Source: Candidatus Cloacimonadales bacterium (GTDB taxonomy: Bacteria; Cloacimonadota; Cloacimonadia; Cloacimonadales; JAFGVF01). From it: DNA of 64,000 bases. The stretch spans positions 1,344,001 to 1,408,000 of the forward strand of contig OY759729.1 in NCBI GenBank assembly GCA_963662585.1, in the 5' to 3' direction. Each line of letters opens with the position of its first letter. Positions within the stretch are counted from its first letter, which is position 1. The notes beneath the pieces are model-generated. The model had not been told where the DNA came from. It saw nothing but the letters and a program-made list of their open reading frames with translations, and did not search any database. Shown here piece by piece: positions 57,803 through 64,000 of this stretch. The translations under genes and the position numbers were made by a program.

Positions 57803-58213
57803 CTACCACACTTTGCATATATATTCGCCACCGACATTTTGATTACGCGCATCTCTATCAACCATAACACCACTGCTTGTTGATATGAATGCACAACCTG
57901 TATTGTTAAATACTCTAGGTACATCGTTTGCTTTTACATATACTCTTCTTCCGGGTTTAGAAATTCTTTCGATTCCAGTCAACACTGGCTGTCCACTATT
58001 TGTATATCTAAGATTTAAACTAAGTTTTTTGAAGTTTAAACCTCTTTCAGGGTCTTTCTCTAATACATGAAAACTATTGATAAAATTCTCTTTAGCTAAC
58101 AATGTAACTACTGATTCAATAATTTTACTGTGATTTAATACCACTCGGGTATGTCCGGCACGATATGCATTTCTAACTTTTGTTATTGCATCAGCTATCG
58201 GATCTGATATCAT
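57803..58213 (-). CDS. rpsH: 30S ribosomal protein S8
   Basis: DPIADAIT..RNA, ISKPGRRVY, ISTSSGV, VGGE. Confidence 0.97.
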   Translation of the reverse strand: MISDPIADAITKVRNAYRAGHTRVVLNHSKIIESVVTLLAKENFINSFHVLEKDPERGLNFKKLSLNLRYTNSGQPVLTGIERISKPGRRVYVKANDVPRVFNNTGCAFISTSSGVMVDRDARNQNVGGEYICKVW

Positions 58214-58228
58214 TCTTCCTCCAGATTA

Positions 58229-58414
58229 TTACCAACTAGCTCTTGTGATTCCAGGGATTTTACCATGGTCAGCTAGTTTTCTAAAACAAAGACGGCATAT
58301 TCCAAAATCTCTCATGTAAGCTCTTGGTCTTCCACATAATTTACAACGAGAATATTCTCTAACGCCAAATTTAGCTTCTTTTTGTTGTTTTACAACTAAT
58401 GATTTCTTTGCCAA
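58229..58414 (-). CDS. rpsN: 30S ribosomal protein S14, zinc-binding type (TTG start)
   Basis: RCKLCGR...[17 protein letters not shown]. Confidence 0.97.
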   Translation of the reverse strand: MAKKSLVVKQQKEAKFGVREYSRCKLCGRPRAYMRDFGICRLCFRKLADHGKIPGITRASW

Positions 58415-58417
58415 AAT

Positions 58418-58972
58418 CTACTCCTTTACCGCAACTTTTCTGAAAGGGAATCCTATTAATTTCAACATTTCTCTAGATTCTTCATCGGTTTTAGCAGTAG
58501 TAACTATTGCTATATTCATACCTCTGACCATGTCGATTTTATCAAATTCGATTTCAGGAAAAACTGTTTGTTCATCTAAACCTAATGAGTAGTTTCCTCT
58601 GCCATCAAAGTTTTTTAAAGGAACACCTTTAAAGTCTCTGATACGAGGAATTACGATTGATATTAACTTATCTAAGAACTCATACATAATTTCGCCTCTA
58701 AGAGTTACCTTGCAACCAATTGGCATTCCTTCTCTCAATTTGAAATTAGAAATTGACTTTTTAGCTTTAGTAACTAAAGGTTTTCTACCTGTAATTTGTT
58801 CCATATCTTTAATAGCATTATCTAAAATAGCTTTATTCTGTGATGCTTGTCCAACACCCATACTAACAACTATTTTATCTAATCTTGGCACCATGTTTAT
58901 ATTTTTGTACTCGAACTTACTTCTAAGTGCGGGAATCACTTCGTTTAAATATAATTCTTTCTTTCTGTTCAT
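58418..58972 (-). CDS. rplE: 50S ribosomal protein L5
   Basis: Start reassigned to [36 protein letters not shown]. Confidence 0.97.
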   Translation of the reverse strand: MNRKKELYLNEVIPALRSKFEYKNINMVPRLDKIVVSMGVGQASQNKAILDNAIKDMEQITGRKPLVTKAKKSISNFKLREGMPIGCKVTLRGEIMYEFLDKLISIVIPRIRDFKGVPLKNFDGRGNYSLGLDEQTVFPEIEFDKIDMVRGMNIAIVTTAKTDEESREMLKLIGFPFRKVAVKE

Positions 58973-58982
58973 CCCTTCTCCT

Positions 58983-59303
58983 TTAGATTTCGTCCCCTGT
59001 TTTTTTACAAACTCTGACTCTTTTACCGTCAGCGGTTGTTTTATAAACAGCTCTTGTAACATCTTTTATTTTTTCGTTATACAGCATAACATTTGATACA
59101 TGAATTGGAGCTTCTTTCTCAATAATTCCACCTTGTGGATTTGATTGATTAGGCTTAACATGTTTTTTAATCATATTAACTTTTTCGATAATTATGCGTT
59201 GTTTTCTAGGAAAAGCTACAAGAACTCTACCCTTAACACCTTTATCGGCTCCACTAATAACAACTACTGTATCACCTTTTTTGATTCTCATTCTATTTTG
59301 CAT
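58983..59303 (-). CDS. rplX: 50S ribosomal protein L24
   Basis: [25 protein letters not shown]. Confidence 0.97.
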   Translation of the reverse strand: MQNRMRIKKGDTVVVISGADKGVKGRVLVAFPRKQRIIIEKVNMIKKHVKPNQSNPQGGIIEKEAPIHVSNVMLYNEKIKDVTRAVYKTTADGKRVRVCKKTGDEI

Positions 59304-59312
59304 TATCTACTC

Positions 59313-59681
59313 CTATAACACTTCAGGTGCTAAAGAAACAATTTTCATAAACTCATGCTCACGAAGCTCACGAGCAACAGGTCCGAAAATACGAGTTCCT
59401 TTAGGTTCCATTTTAGCATCTAGAATAACTGCTGCATTATCTTGGAATCGAATATAAGAACCATCTTTTCTTCTAATTTCTTTAGCAGTTCTTACGATTA
59501 CAGCTTTTTCAACAGTACCTTTTTTAACTTTTCCATTAGGTGTTGCTGATTTAATAGCTATTACTATAATATCTCCAACGGTAGCATATTTTCTTTTACT
59601 TCCGCCAAGAACTTTGATGCACATTGCCTTTTTAGCACCGGAGTTGTCTGCGATGTTCAATATTGTTTGTACTTGGATCAT
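59313..59681 (-). CDS. rplN: 50S ribosomal protein L14
   Basis: [26 protein letters not shown]. Confidence 0.97.
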   Translation of the reverse strand: MIQVQTILNIADNSGAKKAMCIKVLGGSKRKYATVGDIIVIAIKSATPNGKVKKGTVEKAVIVRTAKEIRRKDGSYIRFQDNAAVILDAKMEPKGTRIFGPVARELREHEFMKIVSLAPEVL

Positions 59682-59691
59682 CTATTTACTC

Positions 59692-59946
59692 CTATTTTAC
59701 CTTCTCAGTGACTTGTTGAAGATTCCATCTTTTCTTACGACTTAATGGTCTGTATTCTTCAATTATTACTTTATCACCGATTTGTGCTTCATTATTTTCG
59801 TCATGAGCCATAAATTTCTTATGCACTCTTACAGTCTTTTTGTATAGAGGATGGGTAAACTGTCTTTCTACACGAACGACGATTGTTTTGTCCATCTTAT
59901 CACTTACTACTATACCAACTTTGGTTAGTTTTCTTGTTTCCTGCAT
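59692..59946 (-). CDS. rpsQ: 30S ribosomal protein S17
   Basis: [27 protein letters not shown]. Confidence 0.97.
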   Translation of the reverse strand: MQETRKLTKVGIVVSDKMDKTIVVRVERQFTHPLYKKTVRVHKKFMAHDENNEAQIGDKVIIEEYRPLSRKKRWNLQQVTEKVK

Positions 59947-59955
59947 TTCGACCTC

Positions 59956-60150
59956 TTAGTTAGCTTTTTTCATTTCAGTTAACACTGTATGAATTCTTGC
60001 AATCTCTTTTTTTAATTGTTTGAATCTACCAGGATTTTCCAGCATATTACGCACTTGTTGGAAACGAAGGTTAAATAACTCTTCTTTACATTCATGAAGT
60101 TTTGTATTTAATTCTTCTGTTGATAACTCTCTTAATTCTTTTGCTATCAT
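59956..60150 (-). CDS. rpmC: 50S ribosomal protein L29
   Basis: [17 protein letters not shown]. Confidence 0.95.
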   Translation of the reverse strand: MIAKELRELSTEELNTKLHECKEELFNLRFQQVRNMLENPGRFKQLKKEIARIHTVLTEMKKAN

Positions 60151-60566
60151 ATTTCAACTCCTTCTCGTGCAATCATTTTTGTTCCAATTGGAAGTTTATG
60201 CCCAGCTAATCTAAAAGCTTCTTTTGCAATAGTAGCGTCGACTCCGTCAATTTCGAACATAATTCTACCCGGTTTAACCACTGCTACCCAGTACTCTGGA
60301 GCACCTTTACCTTTACCCATACGAGTTTCAGCAGGCTTATTTGTAACAGGCTTATCAGGGAAGATTCTTATCCACACTTTACCTTGACGCTTCATAGTTC
60401 TTGTTATTGCGATACGAGAAGCTTCGATTTGGCGACTGGTAATCCAACCGCACTCAGTTGCCATTATAGCAAATTCTCCGAAAGAAACAGTTGAGCCACG
60501 ATAAGCTAAACCTGTTCTTCTTCCACGCATCTGTTTTCTATGTTTTGTTCTTTTTGGTGCTAACAT
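60147..60566 (-). CDS. rplP: 50S ribosomal protein L16
   Basis: [25 protein letters not shown]. Confidence 0.97.
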   Translation of the reverse strand: MLAPKRTKHRKQMRGRRTGLAYRGSTVSFGEFAIMATECGWITSRQIEASRIAITRTMKRQGKVWIRIFPDKPVTNKPAETRMGKGKGAPEYWVAVVKPGRIMFEIDGVDATIAKEAFRLAGHKLPIGTKMIAREGVEI

Positions 60567-60587
60567 CTTTTTCTCCTCTTCCTAATG

Positions 60588-61310
60588 TTACCCTTGAGCA
60601 ACATTATTATTAAGAATATCACCTTTATAGATCCACACTTTAATACCAATAACACCATAAGTTGTTTGTGCTTCTGTTAAAGCATAGTCGATATCGGCTC
60701 TAAGTGTGTGAAGAGGTGTTCTACCTTGTTTATATCTTTCAGTTCTCGCAATTTCAGCTCCACCTAAACGCCCAGCACACTGAACTTTAATTCCTAAAGC
60801 CCCGTCTTTAAAAGCATTACGCATTGCATTTTTCATTGCTCTTCTAAAAGAGATTCTCTGTTCTAACTGTTTTGCTATCTCTTCACCAACTAATTTTGAA
60901 TCTAACCACATTTTGTTAATTTCTTTAATATTGATGAAAACATTCATGCTTTTATCTCTATCTTTATTAACAAGATGGTTAATTTCATTTCTTAATCTAT
61001 CAATATCTTCACCTTTCTTACCAATCACTTGACCAGGACGAGCAGTTTGAATATCAATATAAATTGAGTTAGTTTTTCTGGAGATATCAATTCTTGAAAC
61101 CATATTGTTTGTTGGCATAACTTTTGTTCTAGTTTTGCCTTCTGATTCTTCTTTAACTTCTCTAAATCTAAGTCTCTTTTCAATATAATTTCTAATTTTC
61201 AAATCTTCATGAAAATTTTCTAAATACTGTTTACCGGTAGCAAACCAAGTAGACTCAGCTTCTTTATTTACACCTAAACGGTATACTATTGGATTTATCT
61301 TTTGTCCCAA
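60588..61310 (-). CDS. rpsC: 30S ribosomal protein S3 (TTG start)
   Basis: [36 protein letters not shown]. Confidence 0.97.
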   Translation of the reverse strand: MGQKINPIVYRLGVNKEAESTWFATGKQYLENFHEDLKIRNYIEKRLRFREVKEESEGKTRTKVMPTNNMVSRIDISRKTNSIYIDIQTARPGQVIGKKGEDIDRLRNEINHLVNKDRDKSMNVFINIKEINKMWLDSKLVGEEIAKQLEQRISFRRAMKNAMRNAFKDGALGIKVQCAGRLGGAEIARTERYKQGRTPLHTLRADIDYALTEAQTTYGVIGIKVWIYKGDILNNNVAQG

Positions 61311-61319
61311 ATTTTCCTC

Positions 61320-61679
61320 CTATTCCTGTCCAGAACTTGCTTCAGCTAAATCTGAAATTTCTAGGGTTATGTGACAAGTACGCTTTCTTATCATAAACGC
61401 ACGACCTTGAGCTCTTGGACGGAATCTCTTCATTATAGGACCATCATCAGCAAGTGCTTTATTTATAATCATTTCGTTAGTTTCTTTTCTCGCATCTTTA
61501 TGTAGTGCATTCGCAACGGCAGATTCTAATACTTTGAGCACAGGATCTGATACGCGCTTTTCAGAGAACATAAGAATGTTTCGTGCTTCAGATACTGATT
61601 TACCTCTGATTAAATCAAGAACCAAGCGAGCTTTACGAGCTGAACCACGATGGTATCTAAGTATAGCTATAGCTTCCAT
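61320..61679 (-). CDS. rplV: 50S ribosomal protein L22
   Basis: SARKARLV.DLIRGK, RFRPRAQGRA..IRKRTCHI. Confidence 0.97.
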   Translation of the reverse strand: MEAIAILRYHRGSARKARLVLDLIRGKSVSEARNILMFSEKRVSDPVLKVLESAVANALHKDARKETNEMIINKALADDGPIMKRFRPRAQGRAFMIRKRTCHITLEISDLAEASSGQE

Positions 61680-61692
61680 TCTCTATCTCCTA

Positions 61693-61962
61693 TTACCTTT
61701 TTTTCTTTTCTTTGTGGCCACGATATGTTCTGGTTGGTGCAAATTCGCCAAGTTTATGGCCAACTGCATTCTCAGAAATATATACTGGTACAAATTTATG
61801 TCCATTATGTACAGCAAAAGTAAGTCCTATGAATTCAGGTAAAACTACTGATCTTCTAGACCATGTTTTAATAACTGATTTATCTTTAGTACTTAATTGT
61901 GTTTCAACCTTTTTCATCAAATGTTCATCGACGAAAGGTCCTTTTTTTATCGATCTAGGCAT
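61693..61962 (-). CDS. rpsS: 30S ribosomal protein S19
   Basis: [30 protein letters not shown]. Confidence 0.97.
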   Translation of the reverse strand: MPRSIKKGPFVDEHLMKKVETQLSTKDKSVIKTWSRRSVVLPEFIGLTFAVHNGHKFVPVYISENAVGHKLGEFAPTRTYRGHKEKKKR

Positions 61963-61982
61963 TATTTTTCTCCTATGTCAGC

Positions 61983-62810
61983 TTACTTCTTTTTAGATTT
62001 GATAATATACTTGTCAGAATATTTCTTAGTCTTACGGGTTTTTCCGCCTTTAGCGAGTTTACCCCATGGAGAAACTGGATGTCTACCACCTGAAGTTTTA
62101 CCTTCACCACCACCATGAGGGTGATCTACTGGGTTCATCACAACTCCACGAACGGTAGGTCTAATACCTAACCATCTGCTACGACCTGCTTTACCTAATA
62201 CGATTAAGTTGTGTTCGATATTTCCAACTTGACCAATTACAGCATAACATTCTTTTCTAACTAAGTGAACATCATTTGAAGGCATCTTCACATGGATATA
62301 ATCACCTTCTTTTGCAACAAGCTGTGCCATTGAACCAGCAGAACGAGCTATTTGAGCACCTTTCCCTTTTTTCAATTCAACACATGAGATTGTTGTACCT
62401 AATGGAATGTTACCTAAAGGCAATGCGTTTCCTACTTTAATAGGAGCAGTAGGACTTGCAATAATGTCCATTCCTACTTTTAATCCATCTTGAGCAACAA
62501 TATATCTCTTTTCACCATCTACATAGTGAAGAAGAGCAATTCTTGCTGAACGATTTGGATCGTACTCTATTGAAGCGACTTTCGCTGGGATACCTATTTT
62601 ATTTCTCTTGAAATCGATAATTCTATAATGTCTTCTATGTCCGCCACCTTTGTGACGACATGTAATACGACCTTGACTATTTCTACCACCAGACTTTTTT
62701 AACTTTGCAAGCAAAGATTTTTCAGGAGTTGTCTTTGTAATTTCTTCAAAGGTATATCCTGTTTTATATCTTAAAGTAGGTGTAATCGGTTTATATTTTT
62801 TAATTCCCAT
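61983..62810 (-). CDS. rplB: 50S ribosomal protein L2
   Basis: [29 protein letters not shown]. Confidence 0.98.
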   Translation of the reverse strand: MGIKKYKPITPTLRYKTGYTFEEITKTTPEKSLLAKLKKSGGRNSQGRITCRHKGGGHRRHYRIIDFKRNKIGIPAKVASIEYDPNRSARIALLHYVDGEKRYIVAQDGLKVGMDIIASPTAPIKVGNALPLGNIPLGTTISCVELKKGKGAQIARSAGSMAQLVAKEGDYIHVKMPSNDVHLVRKECYAVIGQVGNIEHNLIVLGKAGRSRWLGIRPTVRGVVMNPVDHPHGGGEGKTSGGRHPVSPWGKLAKGGKTRKTKKYSDKYIIKSKKK

Positions 62811-62821
62811 TATTCACTCCT

Positions 62822-63109
62822 TTAAACTTCAAAATCTGGTATTGTTTGATCTGCTTGAAGAGTAACGATAGCTTTTTTCCAATCAGGTCTTCTACCTTCA
62901 TATTTGCCCATTCTCTTTGGCTTACCCTTCATTCTGATAGTATTAATTTTTACTACCTTTACAGAAAAAACTCTTTCAATAGCTTTTTTGATTTCTATTT
63001 TATTAGCATTTATACTAACTTTGAACATATATCTATTATTGTTTTCTTTTTCCAATAATGATTTTTCTGTAAGCATAGGAGCTATTATTATTTCTCTTGG
63101 ATGTATCAT
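62822..63109 (-). CDS. rplW: 50S ribosomal protein L23
   Basis: TEKS, ANKIEIK.A.E..F.VKV, WKKAIVTL. Confidence 0.97.
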   Translation of the reverse strand: MIHPREIIIAPMLTEKSLLEKENNNRYMFKVSINANKIEIKKAIERVFSVKVVKINTIRMKGKPKRMGKYEGRRPDWKKAIVTLQADQTIPDFEV

Positions 63110-63741
63110 TTTCCGAATACCTCCTCTACTTGTTGTAGAGCTTCTTCTGTCATTACTATGAAAGTATGTTTAAGAATTCCATAAGCATGAAGACTTTCTG
63201 CTCTTGCAGTCTCAACATATTCTAAGTTTGAGAATGATCTTACAACTGATTTATCGTTTCCTTTAGTAACTATAAGGATTCTACCTTTTTCAGTTACTAA
63301 TTTCTCAATTAAAGCTTTAGCTGCTTTTGTACTTGGTTTTTCATAATTTAAACTATCAATAACCATTACATTGCCTTCGGTTGCTCTATCTGATAAAACT
63401 AACCTTAATGCTAATCTTTTCTTTTGAGTAGGAATATGCTTGTACCAGCATTTTGGATCTATTCTAAAAGCGTGACCACCACCAACTCTAATTGGAGATC
63501 TTCTTGAACCCATACGAGCTCCGCCACCACCTTTTTGATTTCCAAGCTTCTTTGTACTTCCTCTTACTAAACCTCTTGATTTAGTTGCCTTAGTACCTTG
63601 TCTTTGATTAGCAAGATACATATTTACAACTTCGTAAAGTAAAGCTTTAGGATTCTTGCATGCAGCTTCAAAAACTGACGCCGGAAGTTGAACTTCACCT
63701 ATTCTATCACCATTACTATTATATTTTAATGCATTAGCCAT
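63106..63741 (-). CDS. rplD: 50S ribosomal protein L4
   Basis: ANQRQGT..TKSR..VRG, QKG.G.AR.GS.RSP...GGG. Confidence 0.97.
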   Translation of the reverse strand: MANALKYNSNGDRIGEVQLPASVFEAACKNPKALLYEVVNMYLANQRQGTKATKSRGLVRGSTKKLGNQKGGGGARMGSRRSPIRVGGGHAFRIDPKCWYKHIPTQKKRLALRLVLSDRATEGNVMVIDSLNYEKPSTKAAKALIEKLVTEKGRILIVTKGNDKSVVRSFSNLEYVETARAESLHAYGILKHTFIVMTEEALQQVEEVFGK

Positions 63742-63752
63742 TTATTCCCCCG

Positions 63753-64000
63753 TTAAACACCTTTCTTAAGAAGAACTAAGCTATTACGATGTCCTGGAAC
63801 TGCACCCTTAATCATTATAAGGTTTTTTTCCAAATCAACTTTAACAACTTTGAGGTTCTTTACAGTCACTTTATCAACTCCGTAATGACCCGCCATCTTC
63901 ATACCTTTTAATACACGGGCTGGAGTAGCACACATACCGATTGAACCGCCTCCTCTATATGATTCATGAACACCATGTGATGCCATGAAACCTTGGAAAT
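63753..64000 (-). CDS. rplC: 50S ribosomal protein L3, C-terminal part (5' end outside the window)
   Basis: [34 protein letters not shown]; the frame is open to the window end. Confidence 0.95.
   Translation of the reverse strand, partial: FQGFMASHGVHESYRGGGSIGMCATPARVLKGMKMAGHYGVDKVTVKNLKVVKVDLEKNLIMIKGAVPGHRNSLVLLKKGV

Noticed and set aside
53154..63161. Short plus-strand ORFs antisense to ribosomal genes, and similar nested ORFs elsewhere (e.g. 3692-4890, 12044-14299, 25278-29019)
   Set aside because: They are shadows of well-supported genes on the opposite strand or in another frame, with no independent motifs

Overview
AT-rich bacterial chromosomal window. The organism is probably an anaerobe related to Candidatus Cloacimonadota; this is inferred from FlgD-Ig/T9SS-like C-terminal domains, [FeFe]-hydrogenase maturases, butyrate kinase and ribosomal-protein insertions. 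1-7.3 kb is a very AT-rich, tightly coupled minus-strand operon of at least five genes: a vWA-like lipoprotein, a small membrane protein, a divergent tubulin/FtsZ-like GTPase, a 1086-aa protein with a C-terminal actin/Hsp70-fold ATPase, and a membrane-anchored coiled-coil protein running off the window. This is the best candidate for an uncharacterised system. A complete group IIC-type intron (7392-9502) is inserted right after the buk terminator hairpin. Next come buk, aspA-hydE-hydF, a MORN-repeat protein, an ECF sigma/anti-sigma/Spy-like module and housekeeping genes (ctpA, tmk, nadB, rimI). A cobalamin riboswitch controls a B12 uptake operon. Divergent from it is a tandem duplication of [globin-like + CarH-type B12-binding protein]-[histidine kinase] pairs, the second-best candidate system. 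These are followed by an Omp85-like protein, a sigma-54 response regulator, a short Rho, recG, tRNA-Val(GAC), hflKC and a 1744-aa secreted multidomain nuclease. From 50.4 kb onward lies the S10-spc-alpha ribosomal protein cluster (rplC to rplQ). Several intergenic regions carry palindromic REP/MITE-like elements and heptamer repeats. All calls come from reading motifs by eye; no database searches were run.
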